Positions 44,799-54,226 of a DNA stretch of 56,159 nucleotides are shown here, piece after piece (within the stretch, counting starts at the first letter, position 1; each line of letters begins with the position of its first letter). Under the pieces are notes generated by a model, which made no database searches, was not told the origin of the DNA, and was given only the letters and a program-made list of their open reading frames with translations. The DNA is from Clostridia bacterium (GTDB lineage Bacteria > Bacillota > Clostridia > Oscillospirales > CAG-272), in assembly GCA_017508405.1 (NCBI GenBank), contig JAFVYY010000053.1, positions 1 to 56,159 of the forward strand, read 5' to 3'. A program made the translations under genes and the position numbers.

Positions 44799-46970
44799 AT
44801 GGAGGATAGATACAGTCAGCTTGAAATGGACGTCGGTGAAGTTGAACGGGTAGAGAAGGACGAATTTGGCGTTAGTAAGGAAAGAAAATCTTACCAGAAG
44901 TATCCTGCTAATATGAAGATCGAGGAGAGCCAGCTTTACTATCCCGACGAGGATACTGAACTTGACCTTGTATCTCCGAATCAGGAGGTATTTAAAAAGG
45001 TATCCGGAAATTTAAAAAAGAGCGGAGAGGGAAGGGAAATTCCGTACTCTGCATGGAACCGTAAGGAAGATAGTGATGAGATCACTCCGAAATTTGACGA
45101 TACTTTCGCAAATACGGCAGAAACTCAACACAATTTTATGAAAACCTTCGGTATAGTTGAAAATACAAGAAAAAGCGTAAGCATGGAGGAAACCAATCAG
45201 ACTACTGCTGAAATTGAAGAAATGCAGGGTGACATTCACTCCGATTATTACGAATATACCGATAGACAGCAGAGAAAAGAAATCATAGGAATGTATAAAT
45301 ATGCTAAGAAGTCTATAAAGATCAAAATGATTATAGCTTCCGTGTTTGCATTTTTACTCTTACTTGTTGAAAACGTTGGATTTTTCTCATCGGCGCTTTA
45401 TACAAGAATGAATATAGAAGCTCATCCATATATTTTCTTCTTCGTAGATATGTTCCTGCTTATCGGATGTATGGTATGCGCTTATGAGCAGCTGTATTAC
45501 GGTGGAAAGTCAATTCTGGCTAAGGAGCATATTCCCGAAAGTATCAGCGTATATGCATGTCTTGTGGGTGTTGCATATTCACTTATAACACTTATATTCG
45601 TGCCGTTTGGATTCCAGCAGAAATTATATAATTTCCCTGTAGCGCTTATTTGCTTACTGTCTCTTGCTTATTCATACGTTAACGTAATAAGAGAAAAATA
45701 CGGATTTAGTGTGGTTTCAGCCAAGGAAACAAAGTTTGTAATAAACAAGCTTTCCGGTGACGATGCAGAAACAGAGTATGAAACATTTACCACTACCGGC
45801 GAGGATATAACGGGAAGCATCAATATTGTTAAGGTGGAGAAGGCTAATTTCGTAAAAAGATATTTTGCAAGAACAAACAGCTCTGCGGATGTAAAAAACG
45901 TTATGGATGCTTATTCATTGGTGGCTCTTATTTTACCTCTTGTATTTTTTGTAATAGCGATTATAAGAGGCTCCTTATTTACTGATGCTCTTGCCGTGTG
46001 GTACGAGGGATTTCTTGTTACGATTCCCGTAGGATTTTTGTTTACTTATAGTGTACCGTTCCTTATGGGTAACAGAAAGCTGTTTGATGAGGAAACCTCT
46101 ATTATCGGAGAGGATGCGATCAAGGAATTTTCAGATATCAGAGTTTTATCCGTTGACGATACAACAGCATTTCCTCCGTATAACGTAAAGCTCCGTAATT
46201 TCAAGGTATATAATGATTATAGCCTTGAGAAGATCCTTTACTATGCAGCCAGCGGCTTTAGTGTGGTTGGCGGACCTCTTGCGGCAGTGTTTGACGTTGC
46301 TACAAGGGATGCTATGCAAAAGAGCAAGCGTACAAAATTTGTATGCTCGGGAAGAAGCTTTTTCTGTGTTAAGGTTGATAATGACACCTTGATTTTTGCA
46401 GACAGATACGGAATAGCATCTCAGGGTGTTGAGGTCCCTACGGAGCGAGAGGATATTGATGACGGAACAAGCGTAATGTATATGGCGTGCAACGGCAGAC
46501 TTTGTTCTAAAATGTACGTGAACTATATGATAGATGAGGAGTTTGCAAAGACTGTCCGCACTCTTAATAAAAACGGAACCGCAGTTATGATCCGTACCTT
46601 TGATCCGAATCTTAACAATGAAATAATCAAAAAACAGACTATATTCAAAAAATCGGAGCTTTGCGTAATCAAGCTTACAGATAATGCGCAGATCTCCAAG
46701 GTAATAGATAAAGCTGACAGCGGAATCGTGTCTAAGGGACGCTCACGCTCATTGCTTAAGGCTATTCCAGTTTGTAAAAGTATAACCAAAATAAGAAAGG
46801 CAGCCTTGATTGTAAAGGTGATAGCTTCCATAACCGGTCTTGCATTCTTAGGACTTACGGTGTTCGGTGTAATATCGTCTGTTCCAACGCTTTTTGTAGG
46901 ACTGTTTTACATACCGTGGATGCTTATTATATTCGCTTTAAGCGCTATATACCTTGCAAGAATAAATTGA
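44799..46970 (+). CDS. P1B-type ATPase-like membrane protein with degenerate catalytic motifs (likely pseudo-enzyme)
   Basis: Collinear with heavy-metal P-type ATPases. The motifs read TGED (for TGES), IPV (for CPC), DDTTA at 46155-46169 (for DKTGT) and TFDP (for TGDN), and there is no GDGxND. The ~170-aa acidic N-terminus has no CxxC. Confidence 0.6.
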   Translation: MEDRYSQLEMDVGEVERVEKDEFGVSKERKSYQKYPANMKIEESQLYYPDEDTELDLVSPNQEVFKKVSGNLKKSGEGREIPYSAWNRKEDSDEITPKFDDTFANTAETQHNFMKTFGIVENTRKSVSMEETNQTTAEIEEMQGDIHSDYYEYTDRQQRKEIIGMYKYAKKSIKIKMIIASVFAFLLLLVENVGFFSSALYTRMNIEAHPYIFFFVDMFLLIGCMVCAYEQLYYGGKSILAKEHIPESISVYACLVGVAYSLITLIFVPFGFQQKLYNFPVALICLLSLAYSYVNVIREKYGFSVVSAKETKFVINKLSGDDAETEYETFTTTGEDITGSINIVKVEKANFVKRYFARTNSSADVKNVMDAYSLVALILPLVFFVIAIIRGSLFTDALAVWYEGFLVTIPVGFLFTYSVPFLMGNRKLFDEETSIIGEDAIKEFSDIRVLSVDDTTAFPPYNVKLRNFKVYNDYSLEKILYYAASGFSVVGGPLAAVFDVATRDAMQKSKRTKFVCSGRSFFCVKVDNDTLIFADRYGIASQGVEVPTEREDIDDGTSVMYMACNGRLCSKMYVNYMIDEEFAKTVRTLNKNGTAVMIRTFDPNLNNEIIKKQTIFKKSELCVIKLTDNAQISKVIDKADSGIVSKGRSRSLLKAIPVCKSITKIRKAALIVKVIASITGLAFLGLTVFGVISSVPTLFVGLFYIPWMLIIFALSAIYLARIN

Positions 46971-46971
46971 A

Positions 46972-48819
46972 ATGCAGAATTTAAGTACTATTTTAAAATC
47001 CGTTTCAAAGCCGGGCAGATATACAGGCGGAGAATTCGGACAGATAATCAAGGATAAGAAAAAGGTTAATTTGCGTATTGCCTTTTGCTTTCCCGATACC
47101 TATGAGATAGGTATGTCAAATCTTGGCGTACGAATCCTTTACGGTGCTCTCAATCAAATAGAGGACGTATGGTGCGAAAGAGTATATGCTCCTTGGCCCG
47201 ATATGGAAGAAAAAATGAAGGAATACAATATTCCTCTGTATGCCCTTGAAAGCAAAGACCCTATTAAGGATTTCGATATTATTGCCACCTCTTTACAGTA
47301 TGAGCTATGTTATACTACTGCTGTAAATATGATAAAGCTTGCCGGTTTACCGTTATATGCAAGGGACAGAGGAGAGGATGCTCCTGTATTGCTTGCAGGC
47401 GGACCTTGCGCTTATAACGCTGAGCCCGTTGCGGATTTTTATGATATTTTCAGCATAGGAGAGGGTGAGGAGGCTCTTCCCGAGCTTGCTGAGCTTATGA
47501 AAAAAATGAAGAGAAACGGAACGTATACAAAATCCGCTTTTCTTCGAGAAGCTTCCCATCTTAAGGGATTTTACGTTCCTTCATTATATGATGTTAAGTA
47601 TAACGAGGATGGTACTATCAAATCCTTTGAGCCTATGTTTGATGATGTACCGAAAAAGGTAGAAAAGAGAATCGTCAGCGACCTTAACACATCATATTTT
47701 CCTACCAAGCCAATTGTGCCGTTTATAGAAACCGTTCACGACAGAATAATGCTTGAAACCTTTAGAGGATGTATCAGAGGCTGCAGATTCTGTCAGGCGG
47801 GAATGGTGTTCCGTCCCGTAAGAGAAAAGAGTGCCGAGGTATTGAATGCTCAGGCAAAGGAAATGTTTGAAAATTCGGGATACAACGAAATATCCTTAAC
47901 GTCTCTTTCAATAAGTGATTATTCATGTCTCACTCAGGCGACTGATCTGCTTCTTGAGTGGACAAACCCTAAAAAAATCAATCTTTCCTTACCGTCGCTC
48001 CGTGCCGATAGCTTTACAAAGGAGCTTATGGAAAAAATAAGCACCGTAAGACAGTCGGGACTTACCTTTGCCCCTGAAGCGGGAACTCAAAGGCTTCGTG
48101 ATGCCATAAATAAAAATCTTTATGAAAGCGACCTTATGAATGCCGTAAGATTAGCGTTTGAAGGCGGTAAGAGTATGGTTAAGCTTTATTTTATGAATGG
48201 CTTGCCAACAGAGACATATGAAGATATAGAGGGAATTTCCGTTCTTGCTAAGCACGTTGTAGACGAGTTCTACAAAATGCCCGTAAGACCGAAGAAGCCT
48301 GTAAGCGTAACCGTTAGCGTTTCTTGCTTTGTTCCAAAGCCCCACACTCCTTTCCAATGGGAGCCCCAAAATTCTCTTGAGGAGCTTTGTGAGAAGTAGA
48401 AATTCCTCGGTGAGAAGATTACTGACCGCAAGATAAGATATAATTGGCATGAAGCTAAGGTTTCCCGTCTTGAAGCAGTATTTTCAAAGGGTAACAGACG
48501 ACTTTCTAAGGCTATTGCGTATGCAGTTGAGCAGGGTATGAGATTTGATGCCTGGGACGAATATTTTGATTACGATAAGTGGATGGATGTGTTCGAAAAA
48601 TGCGACATAGATCCTTCGTTCTATGCAAACAGAAGAATGGGATACGATGAGATTCTTCCGTGGGACGTTATAGATATAGGAGTGAGCAAGAAATTCCTCG
48701 TTTCCGAAAGTAAAAAAGCATACGAAAGCGTAACAACACCCAACTGTAAGGAAAAATGCTCGGGCTGCGGCGCAAATAAACTTGGAGGAGATGTAACATG
48801 GTGTCCCAAAATGAAATAA
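46972..48819 (+). pseudogene. B12-binding-domain radical SAM protein (TIGR03960-like) interrupted by one in-frame TAG at 48397-48399
   Basis: CxxxCxxC is present as CIRGCRFCQ. ORFs 46972-48399 and 48538-48819 share one frame, and the 46 codons between them are stop-free and family-like (IRYNWHEAKVSRLEAVF). The combined length is 615 codons. Confidence 0.75.
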
Positions 48820-49484
48820 TTCCAATAAGAATTAAATTTAAAAAATACGGCTCTCTTATGTACATTTCCCATCTTGATACTGCAAAGACAATGCAGAGAA
48901 TAATTCTTCGCGCAGGTATTGATATATGGTACAGTGAGGGCTTTAATCCTCAGCCTAAAATCGTATTTGCAGTTCCGCTCCCTGTAGGAGTTGAAAGTGA
49001 ATGCGAATTTATGGATATAAAAATAAATTCTTTTATGAGCTGCGAGGAAATAGCAAGCCGTCTTTCAAACAGCTTCCCCGATGAAATGAAAGTAATTGAC
49101 GTTTACGTACCCGATAGTAAGCTCAAAAATATAATTTATATAGATTATGAAATGGAAATCGTATCGCCTGCCATAAAAGAGCATACGGCATGCGAAATTG
49201 CCGAGCTTCTTTCCAAGGATTTATTCGTTATAAAGAAATCAAAGGGAAATGAAAAAGAAATAAACGTAAAGGAATATATAAAATCCGTAGACGTTAAAAA
49301 CGAAGACGGAAAAATAAAGATCAACGCTATACTGTGCGGCGGCGGAGATAAAAATATTAATCCGGAGCTTGTTATTGAAGCCATAAGAGCCAATACAGGC
49401 ATTCTTAACGGAGATCCTACAAAGGAATATTACTCGATATTGAGAAAGAGAATGCTTTGCGAGGATCTGACTGAATTTAAATAA
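48798..49484 (+). CDS. Radical SAM-linked protein (DUF2344 / TIGR03936-like)
   Basis: The IRIKFKKYGSLMYISHLD and GFNPQPKI motifs. GGAGGAG RBS upstream. It overlaps the end of the radical SAM gene by 22 nt. Confidence 0.75.
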   Translation: MVSQNEIIPIRIKFKKYGSLMYISHLDTAKTMQRIILRAGIDIWYSEGFNPQPKIVFAVPLPVGVESECEFMDIKINSFMSCEEIASRLSNSFPDEMKVIDVYVPDSKLKNIIYIDYEMEIVSPAIKEHTACEIAELLSKDLFVIKKSKGNEKEINVKEYIKSVDVKNEDGKIKINAILCGGGDKNINPELVIEAIRANTGILNGDPTKEYYSILRKRMLCEDLTEFK

Positions 49485-49489
49485 CAGAA

Positions 49490-49516
49490 AAGAGCGGAGC
49501 TGATCCGCTCTTTTTC
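49490..49516 (+). terminator. Rho-independent terminator
   Basis: Stem AGAGCGG / CCGCTCT followed by TTTTT. Confidence 0.75.
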
Positions 49517-49530
49517 TACACAAATCAACA

Positions 49531-49559
49531 TTGACTTTATACGTAAAAAATGCTATAAT
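49531..49559 (+). promoter_or_regulatory. Sigma-A consensus promoter
   Basis: TTGACT at 49531-49536, 17-nt spacer, TGcTATAAT with TATAAT at 49554-49559. Confidence 0.7.
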
Positions 49560-49582
49560 ATACCTGTCAAAGGAGGGATTTT

Positions 49583-51667
49583 ATGGATAAAAGTGTTAAA
49601 ATAAATTTCTTAAAAACAGTATTGGCAGTTATTTTATTAATACTTTTTATATGTCTTGTTGGTTGTAGGAATACAGATGATACCTTTGGCACAACGAAAG
49701 CCACAACCTTAGATGAAATCACCACCTTACCTGAGTTTGATAAAAATGATAACAACACAGATTTAGATAACGATAGCAGTAATGACAGTATCGACGATGA
49801 TAGTAATAGTCAGGAGAAGGATGACAGCAATAATGGGCCTTTGCCGGATTATTATACAGCTACCGTCAAGCCCAATTATTATGTAAATTCCTCACCTTAC
49901 GTCGGTGATTCTTCGGTTTCTGACGAGTTAAAGGGTGTTTATTATACGTCTAATGTCCCCGGTGGCGAGCCGCAAAACGACGGAACGGGAAAAATATGGC
50001 TTAAATTAGTACCCCTGAAAAAATACGGTATATTTTCTGTTACGGTAGAAGGAGAATATACTAAAATTGAAAATTTGGGAGAAGATATATATTGTATAAG
50101 CGGCGTTAAATCAAATCTCAACGTAAGTATGATGGTAAGTGAGCTGGAAAGCTCAACAAAAGAAATATTTAAGGATTACGGTTATGGTATATCCGATGAC
50201 GGTAAATTAACGGTTTCGTGGATGCAAAGCTCGGATGAACCATTGCGTTACGTTGAAATTGAATATAATGACGGAGAAAATCAAAAAACAGAATATGTTG
50301 ATGCGTCCTTAGGGCGGATGGATCTGTTTACAATGTCCGAAAATAAAACCTATAAAGTAAATTTGAGAGCAGTAGGTTACTCAAATATAGGTAAAAAGGT
50401 AAATATTTCGGCATATTATATGAAAAAGCCCAAGGAGGTTTCTTTCCCACGAGTTGAGATTACCACCGAAAATTTTATGTTACCCACATTTGAAAATGCA
50501 ATAAAGCCGCCTACAAACGCTATGGGCGCCGGAATTACAAATGCTACCTATAAGCAATGTATTGTGACGCTTTTTAACGAGAATAATGAGATCGTGTATA
50601 CTTCAAACCTGAATAAGGGAGAAAACGAAGAATTTCTTGGCGCTAAATTTAAGGTAAGAGGTAACACAAGTGCTGCCCACGCCAAAAATGCAAGATATCC
50701 GTATAAGGTTAAGCTTAGTGAAAAGGCTGATTTGTTAGCTCCGTTGATCGGACGTGAGGACAGTGGAAAATCTTATGCGGAAAAGGACTGGCTGCTGCTT
50801 AATTACGGTGAGGAGCTTTACCGCTTGACAGGAGATGCCATTGCTGATGCGGTAGGCACAGAGTGGTCTCCGGATTACTGTTACGTAAGCTTGTATATTA
50901 ACGGTGATTACAGGGGAATTTACGTTTTGTCCGAGGCTGTTGAAAAAGGAAGCGGTGTCGGAGACGAGCAATGGCGTGTTCCCGTAGATAATGACGGATT
51001 TGTGTTCGAGTGTGATGCGTATTGGTGGAATGAAGATCTGCATTTTGAAACGCCTATGACTAAGAATACAAAAATGTATTATACCTTTAAATATCCGGAT
51101 TCGGATAAGCTTAACGCAGATTCTCCTCAGGTTGCTTATCTGAGAGACTATATAATCGAGTTTGAAAAGGCATTAAAGAAAACAGGGGATTCTTATCTTG
51201 AATATATTGACCTTGATTCCTTTGTAAAATGGCTTCTTGTTTCGGATTATTTGTGTATTACTGACGGCGGCGGATGTAATATATTCCTTTATAAAAAGGA
51301 TTCTACGGAAAATTCCAAAATCAATATGGGACCAAACTGGGATTTTGACTCTTATATGGGAGATGCCAATGGACTTTCAACAATACGTATATACTGGAGT
51401 ACAGCTCCGTTTTATTACCATCAGCTGATAAAGAAAGCATCCTTCCAGACTCGCTATAAGGAGCTTTACAGAGAAACAAAGGATCAGATTGACGATTATA
51501 TCGAGAGCGCTTTTTCTAAGATTGATATAGAGGCTCACGATAAGCTTTTAGAGTATCAGAATCAACGCTTTGGAACCTCCCTTGAGTCTCTCACAACGCA
51601 AAAGCAGGCCTTTGATAAATGGCTTGATGAGCATATTGAATATATGGACACTCAATTTGGAAAATAA
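49583..51667 (+). CDS. CotH-family protein kinase-like lipoprotein
   Basis: Lipobox LVGC, then an Asp/Asn/Ser-rich linker, Ig/FN3-like middle region and a CotH core (YVSLYINGDYRGIYVLSEAVEKG, NWDFDS). Confidence 0.75.
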   Translation: MDKSVKINFLKTVLAVILLILFICLVGCRNTDDTFGTTKATTLDEITTLPEFDKNDNNTDLDNDSSNDSIDDDSNSQEKDDSNNGPLPDYYTATVKPNYYVNSSPYVGDSSVSDELKGVYYTSNVPGGEPQNDGTGKIWLKLVPLKKYGIFSVTVEGEYTKIENLGEDIYCISGVKSNLNVSMMVSELESSTKEIFKDYGYGISDDGKLTVSWMQSSDEPLRYVEIEYNDGENQKTEYVDASLGRMDLFTMSENKTYKVNLRAVGYSNIGKKVNISAYYMKKPKEVSFPRVEITTENFMLPTFENAIKPPTNAMGAGITNATYKQCIVTLFNENNEIVYTSNLNKGENEEFLGAKFKVRGNTSAAHAKNARYPYKVKLSEKADLLAPLIGREDSGKSYAEKDWLLLNYGEELYRLTGDAIADAVGTEWSPDYCYVSLYINGDYRGIYVLSEAVEKGSGVGDEQWRVPVDNDGFVFECDAYWWNEDLHFETPMTKNTKMYYTFKYPDSDKLNADSPQVAYLRDYIIEFEKALKKTGDSYLEYIDLDSFVKWLLVSDYLCITDGGGCNIFLYKKDSTENSKINMGPNWDFDSYMGDANGLSTIRIYWSTAPFYYHQLIKKASFQTRYKELYRETKDQIDDYIESAFSKIDIEAHDKLLEYQNQRFGTSLESLTTQKQAFDKWLDEHIEYMDTQFGK

Positions 51668-51670
51668 ATA

Positions 51671-51708
51671 AAAAGATTCGGGAGCAATCGGCTCCTGAAT
51701 CTTTTTAT
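51671..51708. terminator. Bidirectional hairpin terminator
   Basis: Stem AGATTCGGGAGC / GCTCCTGAATCT flanked by A and T tracts. It overlaps the stop of the minus-strand gene. Confidence 0.8.
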
Positions 51709-52361
51709 TTATCAATTTTTTCAGTTTCTTTGATGTCCTCAAAATCTGCTGTGTTTACAGGCTTTTTGTTATCAATTGAAAGTATTTCTTCCTTGATACG
51801 CTTAGGATCTGTATTGATGTAGGAATCAGCCACAACCGCATCTTCCGTAACGTCGAGAGCATTTTTATTAAATTCCGCAGCAGCTCTTTTAACGATTTTG
51901 CCAAGATAGAACAACGAGAAGAAATTCTGAATTCCGCATATTGTAAGAGAAGCGCCGAGAATAAAAGAGAAAAGGCCGAAATTATCATCAGCGAGTCTTA
52001 CTCTTACGCAAAGAAAACCGCCAAATATAGTAAGACAGGCGATTATAAGTAGGAACCACCACATCTTTAAATTGTATCTTTTGGAATTTATAACGGTCTG
52101 AAGCTTAAATGCGCCGTCAATGATTATGAATAAGCCGATTATCATAGGATATACGCTCATAACAGCACTGGGGAAGATAAGAGCTGTAACCGCACATATT
52201 ATGGTTACGCAGGCGGTTATAATAGAGAAGGCGAATCCTGCACCCCTATGTCTGTCGGCAAGAATTTTTATAACCTGTACAATGCCGCCCACGAGAGCAA
52301 CGAAGCCGATTATATAGCTTACGGTAGTCATAGACTGTTTAGGATAAGCAATAATAACCAC
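51705..52361 (-). CDS. HdeD/DUF308-like membrane protein (5' end problematic, see findings)
   Basis: Repeated GxxxxxxG-type TM hairpins typical of DUF308 and a hydrophilic C-terminal tail. The frame stays open 42 codons upstream of the GTG with no start codon. Confidence 0.65.
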   Translation of the reverse strand: MVIIAYPKQSMTTVSYIIGFVALVGGIVQVIKILADRHRGAGFAFSIITACVTIICAVTALIFPSAVMSVYPMIIGLFIIIDGAFKLQTVINSKRYNLKMWWFLLIIACLTIFGGFLCVRVRLADDNFGLFSFILGASLTICGIQNFFSLFYLGKIVKRAAAEFNKNALDVTEDAVVADSYINTDPKRIKEEILSIDNKKPVNTADFEDIKETEKIDK

Positions 52362-52456
52362 TCCGCTTGCACAGAGAAGAATTGCTAAGAGTAAATAACC
52401 GAATCTGAATTTTTTATTGAGTTAATTAGTGACATAATAACCTCCGTAGGTTAGAG

Positions 52457-54226
52457 TTAGACAGTCTCGAATTGACTGTTGTATAGATTGTAATAGAAGC
52501 CTTTCTTACATAAAAGCTCATCGTGAGTTCCTTGTTCAATTATTTGACCCTTGTTCATAACAAGAATAAGGTCGGCTTCACGTATTGTGGAAAGACGGTG
52601 AGCTACAATAAACGACGTTCGTCCTTCCATGAGCCTTGCAAATGCCTCTTGAATTTTAATTTCCGTTCTTGTGTCGATGGATGATGTTGCTTCATCAAGG
52701 ATAAGCATAGGGGGTAAGCAGAGCATTATTCTTGCAATACATAAAAGCTGCTTTTGACCCTGTGAGAGAATAGAACCATTTTCTTTAAGTACGGTATCAT
52801 AACCGTTTGGAAGCCTTTTAATAAAGCTGTGGGCGTGGGACGCCTTCGCCGCTTTTATAATTTCTTCATCCGACGCATCGGGTATACCAATGGCAATGTT
52901 TTCCTTTACTGTTCCGTTTCTTATCCAAGTATCCTGTAAAACCATTCCGTAATTTGAACGCAATGAATTTCTTGTTAAATCTCTTATATCATGATTATCA
53001 ACGGCGATAGATCCGTTTTTTACGTCGTAAAATCTCATCAAAAGATTTATAAACGTGGTTTTGCCGCATCCCGTAGGACCGACAATGGCGATTCTTTGTC
53101 CCTTTTTAACCTTTAAATTGAAATCCTCAATAAGCCTTTGATCGTCTGTATATGAAAAGCTTACGTCATTTATTTCAATATCGCCATCCGCATTTTCCAA
53201 AACGTATGCATTTTCACAGTCGGGAATTTCGCTTTCCTCGTTTATGAATTCAAATACTCTTGATGCGCAGGCAAGGGCATTTTGAAGCTCGCTTATAATG
53301 CCGGATATTTCATTAAACGGCTTTGCATACTGAGTGGAGTAGCTTAAAATACAGGATAAGGCTCCGACTGTAAGGGCGCCTTCTGTACCCATGCCGTTTA
53401 TTACGATAAAGGCACCTACCAAAGCGGCAGCGGTATATACAAGGGAGTTTATGAATCTTGTGGTAGGATTAACAAGGGATGAGAAGAATATAGCCTTTAC
53501 AGAGCATTTTTCGAGTCTGTTATTTATTTCATCAAATTCTTCAATTGATTCATCCTCGTGGGCAAAGGCTTTAACCACCTTTTGATTTGATATAACCTCA
53601 TCAATAATTGCAGTCTGTTCAGCTCTTGTTTTAGACTGCGTATGGAACATCTTATATGTGTTTTTTGTAATAAAGCTTGCTATAAACAAAGAAATAGGAG
53701 TAAGAACAACTACAACGACCGTAATTTTAACGCTTATCGTAAGCATGAAGGCAAGTGTGCCAAGAAGGGTTATAACACCTGTAAAAAGCTGTGTAAAGCC
53801 CATTAAAAGACCGTCTGCAAATTGGTCGACGTCATTTATGACCTTGTTTACGACCTCACCGTAGGGGTGTGAGTCAATGTATTTTAAGGGAAGCGTTTGT
53901 ATCTTTTCAAAGGCCTCATCACGGACTTTCTTAATGATGTTGTACGTGATAATATTGTTTAAATTATTGATTATCCACTGTAATACGCCGATTATAAGCG
54001 CAATAACGCCAACGTTTACAAGCATTTCCGAAATTATATCGAGTGCAACGTTATTTTTACCAACGATAAGGTCGATTGCTTTACCTATAACGATAGGAAT
54101 ATAAAGGGTCAATGCAACGGATACGGTTGAAAATAGGATTGATAATGCAAGTAAAAGCTTGTATTTTCCAACGTAACGCAGAACCTCTTTTACAGTAGAC
54201 AATTTTATCTTCTTTGACTTTTTCAT
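52457..54226 (-). CDS. Heterodimeric ABC exporter subunit (consensus ATP site)
   Basis: 6 TM segments plus an NBD with GPTGCGKTT, LSQGQKQ, LILDEATSSID and VAHR. Confidence 0.88.
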   Translation of the reverse strand: MKKSKKIKLSTVKEVLRYVGKYKLLLALSILFSTVSVALTLYIPIVIGKAIDLIVGKNNVALDIISEMLVNVGVIALIIGVLQWIINNLNNIITYNIIKKVRDEAFEKIQTLPLKYIDSHPYGEVVNKVINDVDQFADGLLMGFTQLFTGVITLLGTLAFMLTISVKITVVVVVLTPISLFIASFITKNTYKMFHTQSKTRAEQTAIIDEVISNQKVVKAFAHEDESIEEFDEINNRLEKCSVKAIFFSSLVNPTTRFINSLVYTAAALVGAFIVINGMGTEGALTVGALSCILSYSTQYAKPFNEISGIISELQNALACASRVFEFINEESEIPDCENAYVLENADGDIEINDVSFSYTDDQRLIEDFNLKVKKGQRIAIVGPTGCGKTTFINLLMRFYDVKNGSIAVDNHDIRDLTRNSLRSNYGMVLQDTWIRNGTVKENIAIGIPDASDEEIIKAAKASHAHSFIKRLPNGYDTVLKENGSILSQGQKQLLCIARIMLCLPPMLILDEATSSIDTRTEIKIQEAFARLMEGRTSFIVAHRLSTIREADLILVMNKGQIIEQGTHDELLCKKGFYYNLYNSQFETV

